Shown: piece after piece, positions 46,817 through 55,599 of the stretch
How the letters are laid out: every line of letters starts with the position of its first letter
How positions within the stretch are numbered: position 1 is the first letter of the stretch
NCBI GenBank assembly: GCA_035765635.1
Contig: DASTWZ010000039.1
Span: 46,829 to 110,828 of the forward strand
Direction of reading: 5' to 3'
Length of the DNA stretch: 64,000 bases
From: Opitutaceae bacterium
GTDB lineage: Bacteria; Verrucomicrobiota; Verrucomicrobiia; Opitutales; Opitutaceae
Translations under genes and position numbers: made by a program
The notes under the pieces: generated by a model
What the model was told of the DNA's origin: nothing
Database searches by the model: none
Seen by the model: only the letters and a program-made list of their open reading frames with translations

Positions 46817-47398
46817 ATGAAGCTCTCCAAACGCGGCGAATATGGTCTACGTGCCCTGATCGATATCGGTCTGGCCCACGAGCTTGGCCGTGAGCTGTTG
46901 CAGCTGAATGAGTTGGCGACAAACGAGAAGATCCCGGTCAAATTTCTAGAGCAGATCCTGATCGACCTGAAGCAGGGTGGTTTTCTCGATAGTGTGCGTG
47001 GCAAGTACGGCGGCTACCGGCTCGGAAAGCCCGCCAAAGAGGTCGTGATTGGGCAGATCGTCAGATACCTCGATGGACCGCTGGCTCCGATCTGTTGCGT
47101 GAGCCAAACCGCATACGAGCGCTGTACCTGTCCGGACGAAGCTCACTGCGGCTTGCGCATGCTCATGCTCGATGTGCGCAACGCCATCGCGAACATTTTG
47201 GACCGCTACAGTCTCGCCGATGTAGTGGAAGTGACACTACGCAAGATGCGCCGCGACAACGTGAACTTGCCATTCAGCGTGAATCCGCGCGAGCGGATCG
47301 CCGCCGCGGCGAAAGCGGCGAAGGGGAAAAAAGCGATCGCGTTGACCACGCCCGGCGAAAACGGTCTTGGAGAATTTCTTTATCGCGAGGGAATATGA
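46817..47398 (+). CDS. Rrf2-family transcriptional regulator (CymR/IscR-like) with a Cys cluster and C-terminal extension
   Basis: MKLSKRGEYGLRALIDIG wHTH region, Cys-rich segment PICCVSQTAYERCTCPDEAHCG, and an ATGA overlap with the next gene. Confidence 0.85.
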   Translation: MKLSKRGEYGLRALIDIGLAHELGRELLQLNELATNEKIPVKFLEQILIDLKQGGFLDSVRGKYGGYRLGKPAKEVVIGQIVRYLDGPLAPICCVSQTAYERCTCPDEAHCGLRMLMLDVRNAIANILDRYSLADVVEVTLRKMRRDNVNLPFSVNPRERIAAAAKAAKGKKAIALTTPGENGLGEFLYREGI

Positions 47399-48366
47399 GA
47401 GCCGCGTTCCGTCTTGGTTTCAGCCTCGCTGGGCTCGCTCTCGCCTTCGCGCATCTCGGAGCGGCGAAGACCACGCTGCGCGTCGGCTACTTTCCCAACA
47501 TCACGCACGCGCAGCCGATCATCGCCAAGGAACTCGCTGCGGAAGGAAAGGACTGGTTCGAGGAGCGGCTCGGCCCGGATGTGGAGCTGCAATGGTTCGT
47601 CTACAACGCCGGCCCGAGCGCGACCGAGGCGATTTTTGCGCGGTCGATCGACCTGACCTACATCGGCCCCAGCCCGGCGCTGAACGCCTACATTCGTTCG
47701 CGCGGCGACGAGATCCGCATCGTATCTGGCTCGGCGCGCGGCGGCGCTGCGCTGTTGGTGCGACCTGGCTCCGGCATCGAAAAACCCGCGGATTTTCGCG
47801 CGAAGAAGCTGGCCACCCCTCAGCTGGGCAACACTCAGGACGTGGCCGCGCGCGCCTGGTTGAAACAACAGGGCTTCAAAATCACGCAGCTGGGCGGCGA
47901 CGTTTATGTTTTGCCGACAGCGAATCCCGATCAGCTCGCGCTCTTTCAGCGCGGAAGTCTCGACGCGGTCTGGACGGTCGAGCCATGGGTTTCGCGCATC
48001 GAGCGGGAGGCCGGCGGGAAAATTTTTCTCGAGCAGCGTGATGTCGTAACGACCATCCTCGTCGCGCGCACGGAGTTTCAGGAAGAGCAGGGACCGCTCG
48101 TTCAGCGCTTCGTGAAGGCGCATCGCGAGTTGACCGCGTGGATTCAGGCCCATCCGGACGAAGCGCAGCAGCTCCTGCAAAAAGGCCTAACCGCTGAAGT
48201 GAGACGCGAGATCAAACTCGAACTCGTCGCATCGGCCTGGAAACGACTGACCTTTACCTCCGACATCAACCTACAATCCATCGAAGGCCTCGTGGCGGAC
48301 GCACGCAGCGTCGGCTTCATCCGCGGGCACGTCGATCTCTCCCGACTCCTCAGTCTTCCCCAGTGA
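47395..48366 (+). CDS. aliphatic-sulfonate-type ABC transporter substrate-binding protein (SsuA-like)
   Basis: Signal peptide, then LRVGYFPNITHAQPIIAKE and LATPQLGNTQDVAARAWL. Confidence 0.85.
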   Translation: MRAAFRLGFSLAGLALAFAHLGAAKTTLRVGYFPNITHAQPIIAKELAAEGKDWFEERLGPDVELQWFVYNAGPSATEAIFARSIDLTYIGPSPALNAYIRSRGDEIRIVSGSARGGAALLVRPGSGIEKPADFRAKKLATPQLGNTQDVAARAWLKQQGFKITQLGGDVYVLPTANPDQLALFQRGSLDAVWTVEPWVSRIEREAGGKIFLEQRDVVTTILVARTEFQEEQGPLVQRFVKAHRELTAWIQAHPDEAQQLLQKGLTAEVRREIKLELVASAWKRLTFTSDINLQSIEGLVADARSVGFIRGHVDLSRLLSLPQ

Positions 48367-49172
48367 CCGTACAAACGGAATTGGTTAATGAAACGCCGTC
48401 GAAGCTCTCGGTCGGCGCGATCTCTAAACGTTTCCGCACGAAGCACCGCGAAGTGCTCGCGCTGGATCGCGTGTCGCTCGACATCGCGGAAGGCGAGTTC
48501 GTCTGCCTCGTCGGACCCAGCGGCTGCGGCAAGAGCACCCTGTTGAATATCATCGCGGGGCTCGATGTGGCCGACGAGGGCACGCTGCTTTGCGATGGGC
48601 GCGCCGTGAATGGACCGGGTCGCGACCGGATGGTGATGTTTCAAGAGCACGCCTTGTTTCCTTGGTTGAGCGTGACGGAAAACGTGATGTTCGGCCTGCG
48701 TTTGAAACCTGGGCTGAAAAACCACGAGCGGAAGGAAGTGGCGAAGTTTTACCTCAAGCTCGTGGGTCTGGAAAAATTCGCGGAGGCCAATGTGCATGAG
48801 CTTTCGGGTGGCATGAAGCAACGCGTCGCCCTGGCGCGCGCGCTCGCGCCGAATCCGCGGGTGCTGTTGATGGATGAGCCGTTCGCCGCGCTTGATGCGC
48901 TCACCCGCGAGCAGCTCTACGGCGACATTCAGCGCATCTGGCGGGACAGAAAAAAGACGATCATCTTCGTCACGCACAATGTCCGCGAAGCGGTCTGCCT
49001 CGGCGATCGCGTGGTGCTTTTCTCGCCGAACCCGGGGCGCATCTGCGAACAGTTCCGGATCGATCTGCCGCGTCCGCGCGACATCAACAGCGTGACGCTC
49101 GCGCAGTATTCGACCCAGATCACCAAAGCGCTCAAAGGCCACATGAACAAGGACGGCGAGGTGGGCGAATGA
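48363..49172 (+). CDS. ABC transporter ATP-binding protein, SsuB-like
   Basis: [37 protein letters not shown] overlap with the upstream gene. Confidence 0.9.
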   Translation: MTVQTELVNETPSKLSVGAISKRFRTKHREVLALDRVSLDIAEGEFVCLVGPSGCGKSTLLNIIAGLDVADEGTLLCDGRAVNGPGRDRMVMFQEHALFPWLSVTENVMFGLRLKPGLKNHERKEVAKFYLKLVGLEKFAEANVHELSGGMKQRVALARALAPNPRVLLMDEPFAALDALTREQLYGDIQRIWRDRKKTIIFVTHNVREAVCLGDRVVLFSPNPGRICEQFRIDLPRPRDINSVTLAQYSTQITKALKGHMNKDGEVGE

Positions 49173-49227
49173 TTCCGAACGCGATGATTTCGGTGTATTC
49201 GCTTTTTGGAGACGGGAGGACCTTGCG

Positions 49228-49995
49228 ATGAAACGTTTTCTTTCCGCGGTAGTCTTTTTCGCGGCGATGATCGGGGTCTGGGAAGGGCTGGTCCGCGCGA
49301 AGATCTGGTCGCCGGTGCTCGTGCCGCCGCCCGAGATGGTCGGCGAGTATCTTTGGGCCTCGATTGTGGACGGCACGTTGTTGGCGGCCTCGCTCGTCAC
49401 GCTGAAGCGCCTGTTGCTTGGCTACGTTTTCGGCATCGTGTTGGGTTTACCGCTCGGGCTTTTGACGGCGCGCTTCAAAGTCTGTCAGGACACGCTGGGG
49501 CTGCTGGCGCTCGGTCTGCAAACATTGCCGAGCGTGTGCTGGGTGCCGCTGGCGCTGCTGTGGTTTGGCCAGACGGAGCTCGCGATGTTTTTCGTCGTGG
49601 TAATGGGAACGCTGTGGTCGGTGATCATCGCGACCGACAACGGCGTGCGGAGCATTCCCCCGATTTACGCGCGAGCTGCGCGGACGATGGGATCGCGCGG
49701 TCTCCACACTTGGATTCGCGTGATGTTGCCCGCGGCGCTGCCGTTCGTCGTTTCGGGCATGAAGCAAGGCTGGGCGTTTGCCTGGCGCTCGCTGATGGCC
49801 GCTGAGATTTACGTGACGATCCTGTCGGGGTTCGGTCTCGGCCACTTGCTGCATTACGGCCGCGAGCTGAACGCGATGGAGCAGGTGATCGGCGTGATGT
49901 TGGTGATCGTCGGGATCGGCCTCGCCGCCGATAAACTGATGTTCTCGCCGTGGGAGCGCTTCCTCCATCGCCGCTGGGGAACGCAGGGAAGGTGA
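49228..49995 (+). CDS. ABC transporter permease, SsuC-like
   Basis: Six TM segments and an EAA-like loop ARTMGSRGLHTWIRVMLPAALP. Confidence 0.88.
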   Translation: MKRFLSAVVFFAAMIGVWEGLVRAKIWSPVLVPPPEMVGEYLWASIVDGTLLAASLVTLKRLLLGYVFGIVLGLPLGLLTARFKVCQDTLGLLALGLQTLPSVCWVPLALLWFGQTELAMFFVVVMGTLWSVIIATDNGVRSIPPIYARAARTMGSRGLHTWIRVMLPAALPFVVSGMKQGWAFAWRSLMAAEIYVTILSGFGLGHLLHYGRELNAMEQVIGVMLVIVGIGLAADKLMFSPWERFLHRRWGTQGR

Positions 49996-49997
49996 GG

Positions 49998-50372
49998 AAA
50001 GGCGAAGGCTGAAGGGGCGAAGGCTGAAGGCTGAAACGAGCGCCTTCGCCCGAGGGCGTCTAATGGAGCGCCGGCCCTCCGGCCGGCTGACCGATCTAGC
50101 GTCCCGCGAAGCGGGACTGATCTATTAGAAAGCCAGCCCGAGGCTGGCGCTCCGTTGCGAGCCGCCGATTGCCGAGCGCGTTTCGAATGCGGCCGGCGAG
50201 GCTGTGTTGCTGGACTATGCGACCGGTTATCACGTATCAACCTCTTCGGGTTCAGCCTTCTGCCGTCAGCATTCAGTCCTCAGCCTTCCCCCTCCAGCCC
50301 TCGGCCTTCAACCCTCAGCCTTCTGGCCTTCAAGCCTCAGCCTTCAGCCTTCTCCCTTCAGCCTTCTTCTTC
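49998..50372. repeat. large inverted pair of GAAGGCT/AGCCTTC heptamer arrays around a ~210-nt core
   Basis: Left arm GGCGAAGGCTGAAGGGGCGAAGGCTGAAGGCTGAA. The right arm at 50251-50372 has more than 12 degenerate AGCCTTC units. Confidence 0.85.
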
Positions 50373-50419
50373 TCCCCGTGCGCGCGTCAAATCTACCTCT
50401 GGTTGTTTGGGCCCCGTTG

Positions 50420-52594
50420 ATGGTGGCTTCGACGCTCGCGTATCGCGTCAGAAAATTGGGGCGAGAAAACATTCCGGAGTCCGGCGGCGCTCTGCTGTCG
50501 GTCAATTATCTGTCGCGGATCGATCCGCATATTCTCCAGCGCGCGTGTCCGCGTCCGATTCGTTTTGTCGCGACGGAATCCCATCTGGATTGGCTGCCGC
50601 TGCGACTCGCGGCGCGCTGGGCCAAATCGATTATTCTCCCGGCCACTCAGCCGATTGAAACCGCGCCACAAATCTTCGACGCGTTGCGCAAGGGCGAACT
50701 CGTCTGCATTTTTCCCGAGGCTGCCATTTCTCGCACGGGCCAGCTGCTGCCCTTCAAAATTCGCGTCGATCAAATCGCGCGCACCGCGAATGTCCCCGTT
50801 ATTCCTGTCGCGATCGATGGAATGTGGGGCTCGATTTTTTCGTATTCGGGAAACCGATACATCTTCAAATCGCCGCGCCTGATGCCGCTGGAGGTCTGCG
50901 TGTCGTTTGGCCGCGCACTCTCGGCGGACCAAAGCGAGCCGATCAAACTTCGTTCCGCCATGCTCGGCGAGGGCGAGCGCGCGTTTCGCGAAAGGCCGTT
51001 CCTCCGCCGCCACCTCGGACGCGAAGCGGTGCGCGAATTGGCCAAACGTCCGCGCCGCCTCGCAATCGTCGACCGCACCGCTGAGCGACGCGAAGTCTCG
51101 GCGGGAAAACTGCTCGCCGCCGCAGCGGCGCTTTCTCGACGCATTCGGGCGAACATTCCGGAGCCGCGCGTCGGCATCGTGCTGCCGCCTGGCGCGGGCG
51201 GTGTGATCGCGAATCTGGCCGTGGTCTGCGCAGGCAAGATTCCGGTGAATCTGAATTTCACCGCGGGACGGAGCTCGCTGGAGACCAGCCTTCGAGTCGG
51301 CGAAATTTCGACGGTGATCTCGGCCGCCGCGATGAAGGAAAAACTTCCGGGCTTCCCGTGGCCGGAGCGCACGCTGGATCTCAAGGAGGAACTCGTGCGT
51401 GTAGGGAAAAAGCGGATACTCGGCTGGCTTGTCGCAATTTTCATCCTGCCGAACCAGTGGATTCCCGGTATGCTCGGCCTGCCGAAACACGGCGACAACG
51501 AGGAGGCGGCGCTGCTCTTCACCAGCGGCAGTTCCGGCGAACCAAAAGGTGTCGTCTACTCACACCGAAATATCCTGGCGAACTGCTCGCAGATCTCCTC
51601 GACCACCGTGTTGCCGGAAGCCGGCCACCTGCTTGGGTGCCTGCCGTTGTTTCACAGCTTCGGTTTCACCATCACGATTTGGTACGCGATCTTCCGGCGC
51701 CTGCGGCTGGTCACCGTGCCGAGTCCCCTCGATACAAAGAAGATTGTCGATGCCGTGCGCGAAGAGAAGGCCACGGTGATTATTGGCGCGCCGACATTTC
51801 TGCGGCCGATTTTGAAACGTGCCGAACCCGGAGATCTGCGCTCGCTGGAACTGGTCGTGTCCGGCGCCGAGAAGCTCCCGCCAGATCTCCACGAGGCCTT
51901 CCGGGAGCGCTTTCAAATCGGCATGATGCAGGGTTACGGACTGACGGAAACCTCGCCGGTCATCAGCGTGAATCAGCAAAACGGGCTGCTCCGGGAGGGC
52001 GAAGATGTGCAACTCGGCAATCGACTTGGGTCTGTCGGACGCATGCTGCCCGGCATGGCCGCGCGTATTGTCGACCCGGATACGATGGAGGAACTGCCTC
52101 TTTCGAAAACCGGCATTCTGTTGATCAAGGGATCGAATGTTTTTCCCGGCTATTTGCGCGATCCGGAAAAAACCAGCGGCGCATTTCGCGATGGATGGTT
52201 CATCACCGGCGACTTGGCGCGAATCGATGAAGACGGCTTTCTCTTCATCGAGGGACGGCTCACGCGCTTTTCGAAACTCGGCGGAGAAATGGTTCCGCAC
52301 GGCACGATCGAACAAGTGATCGCGGAAAAACTCGGCTGGGATCAAACCGAAGGACCGGCGCTCGTCGTGGTCGGCGTGCCCGATCCCGTGAAAGGCGAAG
52401 CCCTCGTGCTGATCGCCGCGCGCGATGTGACGCCGGAACAAGTGCGCGACGCGATGAGTTCCGCCGGCTTGCCGAACTTATGGATCCCGCGCCTCATCCA
52501 TCGCGTTGAAAAAATTCCCCTCCTCGGCAGTGGCAAACTGGATCTCAAAGCCGCGCGAGAGCTGGGCCAGGAAGCGGCCACAAAAAAGGCGTAG
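50420..52594 (+). CDS. Aas-like fusion: PlsC-type acyltransferase domain plus acyl-ACP/acyl-CoA synthetase (AMP-binding) domain; alternative GTG start at 50378
   Basis: Acyltransferase blocks VNYLSRID (Tyr at the HX4D position) and FPEAAISRTG. AMP-binding LLFTSGSSGEPKGVVYSHRN, GYGLTETSP, TGDLARIDEDGFLFIEGR. Confidence 0.85.
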   Translation: MVASTLAYRVRKLGRENIPESGGALLSVNYLSRIDPHILQRACPRPIRFVATESHLDWLPLRLAARWAKSIILPATQPIETAPQIFDALRKGELVCIFPEAAISRTGQLLPFKIRVDQIARTANVPVIPVAIDGMWGSIFSYSGNRYIFKSPRLMPLEVCVSFGRALSADQSEPIKLRSAMLGEGERAFRERPFLRRHLGREAVRELAKRPRRLAIVDRTAERREVSAGKLLAAAAALSRRIRANIPEPRVGIVLPPGAGGVIANLAVVCAGKIPVNLNFTAGRSSLETSLRVGEISTVISAAAMKEKLPGFPWPERTLDLKEELVRVGKKRILGWLVAIFILPNQWIPGMLGLPKHGDNEEAALLFTSGSSGEPKGVVYSHRNILANCSQISSTTVLPEAGHLLGCLPLFHSFGFTITIWYAIFRRLRLVTVPSPLDTKKIVDAVREEKATVIIGAPTFLRPILKRAEPGDLRSLELVVSGAEKLPPDLHEAFRERFQIGMMQGYGLTETSPVISVNQQNGLLREGEDVQLGNRLGSVGRMLPGMAARIVDPDTMEELPLSKTGILLIKGSNVFPGYLRDPEKTSGAFRDGWFITGDLARIDEDGFLFIEGRLTRFSKLGGEMVPHGTIEQVIAEKLGWDQTEGPALVVVGVPDPVKGEALVLIAARDVTPEQVRDAMSSAGLPNLWIPRLIHRVEKIPLLGSGKLDLKAARELGQEAATKKA

Positions 52595-52627
52595 TCGAAA
52601 ACCCACTACGCCGCTCGAACCAAAAAC

Positions 52628-52825
52628 CGTAGCCGCAAGAAGGCGCAAAAAAACGCAAAAAGGATTTTGGGTCGGCGATATCGCTGGAAATTTCCGGTTT
52701 AAAATGCGGTTGGGGTATTGGTTTGTAACTCCAAACCGAAGACCCGACCGCGGCCGAGTGACTAATGTCTGAGCCGCGCCGGAATAAAAAATCCTCTTCG
52801 CGAATTTTGTGCCTCTTTGTGGCTA
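52628..52825. repeat. second copy of the ~200-bp MITE-like element
   Basis: CGTAGCCGCAAGAAGGCGCAAAAAAACGCAAAAAGGATTTTGGGT ... GCGGTTGGGGTATTGGTTTGTAACTCCAAACC ... ATCCTCTTCGCGAATTTTGTGCCTCTTTGTGGC. Confidence 0.8.
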
Positions 52826-52837
52826 AATCTGTGTTTC

Positions 52838-53935
52838 TTACCGGATCACGCGGGCGCCGCCGCCACCGATCTGGCGTTCGACTTCCTTGCGCGTCGCCAT
52901 CGAGGTGTCGCCCGGAGTGGTCGAGGCGAGAGCGCCGTGAGCGGCGCCGTAGTCCACGGCCTTTTGGGCGTCGTTGAAGGTCATGAAGCCGAATTGGAGA
53001 CCGCTCGCGAAACTGTCGCCGCCACCGACGCGATCGAGAATTTCCAGCTCGGGAAATTTGCGGCTCTCGAAGAATTTGCCGTCGTGATAGCAAATCGCGC
53101 TCCAGTCGTTTTTCGTCGCGGTGATGACGCGGCGCAGCGTCGTGGCCGCGACTTTGAAGTTCGGATATTCCTTCACCGCGGTCTCGATCATCGCTTTGAA
53201 CGCGTCCGTCTCGATCGCGGAGATGTTATGGTCGACACCCTTGACCTCGAAGCCGAGAGAAGCGGTGAAGTCTTCCTCGTTGCCGATCATCACGTCGACG
53301 TACTTGGCGATTTCGCGATTCACTTCGCGGGCCTTCTTTTGTCCGCCGATGCTCTTCCAGAGCGAAGGACGATAGTTCAAGTCGTAGCTGACAATCGTGC
53401 CGTGCTTCTTCGCGGCCTTGACGGCTTCGATCGTGAGCGCGGCGGTGGTTTCAGATAAAGCGGCGAAAATTCCGCCCGTGTGCAACCAGCGCACGCCGAT
53501 CTTGCCGAAAATGTTTTCCCAATCGAAATCGCCCGGCTTGAGCTGGCTCGCGGCGGTGTTGCCACGGTCCGGCACGCCGACGGCGCCGCGGATGCCGAAG
53601 CCGCGCTCGGTGAAATTCAGACCGTTGCGCACGGTGCGGCCGATGCCGTCGTCTTCGCGCCATTTGATGAAATCTGTCGCGACGCCGCCCTGCATGATGA
53701 AGTCCTCGACCAGATGGCCGACTTCATTGTCGACAAAGGCCGTGCACACCGCGGTGCGCAGGCCGAAACACTTGCGGAGACCGCGCGACGTGTTGTATTC
53801 GCCGCCGCCTTCCCAGACCTTGAATTCGCGAGCGGTGCGCACGCGGCCTTCACCTGGGTCGAGGCGAAGCATGACCTCTCCAAGAGAGATCTGATCGAAT
53901 TGGCATTGTTCAGCAGGGCGGAGATTCAGGCTCAT
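52838..53935 (-). CDS. PfkB-family sugar kinase (2-dehydro-3-deoxygluconokinase-like); alternative start 53959
   Basis: GGGEYN, the family layout, and C-terminal DRVGGGDSFASG (the PfkB signature). Confidence 0.85.
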   Translation of the reverse strand: MSLNLRPAEQCQFDQISLGEVMLRLDPGEGRVRTAREFKVWEGGGEYNTSRGLRKCFGLRTAVCTAFVDNEVGHLVEDFIMQGGVATDFIKWREDDGIGRTVRNGLNFTERGFGIRGAVGVPDRGNTAASQLKPGDFDWENIFGKIGVRWLHTGGIFAALSETTAALTIEAVKAAKKHGTIVSYDLNYRPSLWKSIGGQKKAREVNREIAKYVDVMIGNEEDFTASLGFEVKGVDHNISAIETDAFKAMIETAVKEYPNFKVAATTLRRVITATKNDWSAICYHDGKFFESRKFPELEILDRVGGGDSFASGLQFGFMTFNDAQKAVDYGAAHGALASTTPGDTSMATRKEVERQIGGGGARVIR

Positions 53936-54008
53936 GTTTGGGTAGTGAGAGACGCCCATTCCATCGAAGTTTCAGCCCGCCCGTCAAACCTTGCGTCCAA
54001 CCTGAGTT

Positions 54009-54210
54009 GCCCACGAATCACGGCTGAGTTGCCCACGAATCACACGAATTACACGAACCCGATCCATCGACCCATTTCCCACGGAAGGCACGGAAAACAC
54101 GGAAGATTCCAACAATGGATTCGAATTCCTGAATTCTTTCCGTGCTTTCCGTGAATTCCGTGGGAGAAGTTCGAGGTTTGATGTTCGTGTAATTCGTGTG
54201 ATTCGTGGGC
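54009..54210. repeat. nested inverted-repeat element, full copy
   Basis: GCCCACGAATCACACGAATTACACGAA .. CCCACGGAAGGCACGGAAAACACGGAA .. TTCCGTGCTTTCCGTGAATTCCGTGGG .. TTCGTGTAATTCGTGTGATTCGTGGGC. Confidence 0.9.
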
Positions 54211-54218
54211 CAAAAAAA

Positions 54219-55586
54219 TCACACCGGCTTGATCAAAACCTTCGGGTTGCGACCACTTTCCTCGTAAAGTTTCAGGCGGGCTTCCGGGAGGATATCTTTC
54301 GAGGCTTCTTCGAAGCCCATAACCGAGGTGAAGAACGAATAGCTCTGGGTCGAAAGCGCCACGACTGTCGTGGCGCCGCGCTCTTTCGCGATCATGCACG
54401 CATAGTCGACCATCTTCCGCCCGATACCGCGATTGTGGTAGAACGGCAGAACGTAGAGGGAACCGATTTCCGCCATGTGCGGTTTGTCGGGATAAAAATA
54501 AAGCGACACGCAGGCGATGAGGTTCTCGTCGATTTCGAAGACGAAAAACTGATCGATGTTTTTCTCGATCGCTTGCTGCGTGCGATAAATCAGTTCTTCG
54601 CGCCGAACCGCGCCGCGCGTGAGATTGTAGATCGGGCGCAGATCACGCCGCGTCGCTTTGCGGATCTGCTGATAGTCGTTGCCATACACCAGCGAGCCGA
54701 CGCCTTCGTTGGAAAAGATTTCGTTGAGCAGTCCGTCGAAGATGCGGCCGTCGACGATGTGCACGCGCGGCGTGCCGGTCTCGATCGCTTTGACCGCGTG
54801 AATGGCTTTGCTGCGCGAAACGTCCGCGACTTCCTCGGGACGCTCCTTCAAGAGCGAGCGCAGCGCCTCGACGGAGATTTCGCGTTTGATCTCGCCGTTG
54901 ATTTCGAGGCCGGCGTGCGGCGTGAGATAAATAATTTTCGTCGCGTGCAACGCCTCGGCGAGTTCCGCCGCGAGCAAATCGGAGTTGATGCGCAACGACC
55001 GGCCATCCGGCCCGAAGCCGATCGGCGAAAGAATCGGCACGATGCTTTTGTTGATCAGCGTGAAAATGAATTCCGTGTCCACGCGATCGACCTTGCCCGT
55101 GAATTGGTGATCGACCCCGCGCAGAATTCCCAGCGGCAGCGCGCGGATGGAATTCGTGATGGCGCACTTCAAGGCGTTCTGCGTGAGCCCTTCGAGGATG
55201 ACCTGCGAGACGCGCGAGGAAGCACGCACGGCGAGATCGAGCGTGGCGGCGTCGGTCACTCCCGTGCCGATGGTGTCCGTGATCGGAATATTCCGCGCGA
55301 CGGAGAGCTCGACGATTTGCTGCCCGATGCCGTGGACCAAAACGAGTTTGATGCCGAGGCTGCGGAGCACCGCGATGTCGACGAGCAAGTTGCCAAAATT
55401 TTCGTCGGCCACGATGGAGCCATCGAGCGCGAGAACGAAAATCTGATCCTGGAAGCGCGGAACGTACTTCAGAATGCCGCGCAAATCCGTCGGCTTGATC
55501 GTGGTCGTCGTCGCCGTCGGTGCGGCGGTAGGAGGCTGATTGGCGGAGCCGTTGCTCATCGAGATGGTGGTGGGTTTCTCGGCCAA
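54219..55586 (-). CDS. argA: amino-acid N-acetyltransferase (N-acetylglutamate synthase; AAK domain plus GNAT domain)
   Basis: Amino-acid kinase fold (FVLALDGS..., LVLVHGIG) followed by a GNAT block YVLPFYHNRGIGRKMV. Confidence 0.88.
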   Translation of the reverse strand: MAEKPTTISMSNGSANQPPTAAPTATTTTIKPTDLRGILKYVPRFQDQIFVLALDGSIVADENFGNLLVDIAVLRSLGIKLVLVHGIGQQIVELSVARNIPITDTIGTGVTDAATLDLAVRASSRVSQVILEGLTQNALKCAITNSIRALPLGILRGVDHQFTGKVDRVDTEFIFTLINKSIVPILSPIGFGPDGRSLRINSDLLAAELAEALHATKIIYLTPHAGLEINGEIKREISVEALRSLLKERPEEVADVSRSKAIHAVKAIETGTPRVHIVDGRIFDGLLNEIFSNEGVGSLVYGNDYQQIRKATRRDLRPIYNLTRGAVRREELIYRTQQAIEKNIDQFFVFEIDENLIACVSLYFYPDKPHMAEIGSLYVLPFYHNRGIGRKMVDYACMIAKERGATTVVALSTQSYSFFTSVMGFEEASKDILPEARLKLYEESGRNPKVLIKPV

Positions 55587-55599
55587 TGCTTCTGCGCCG

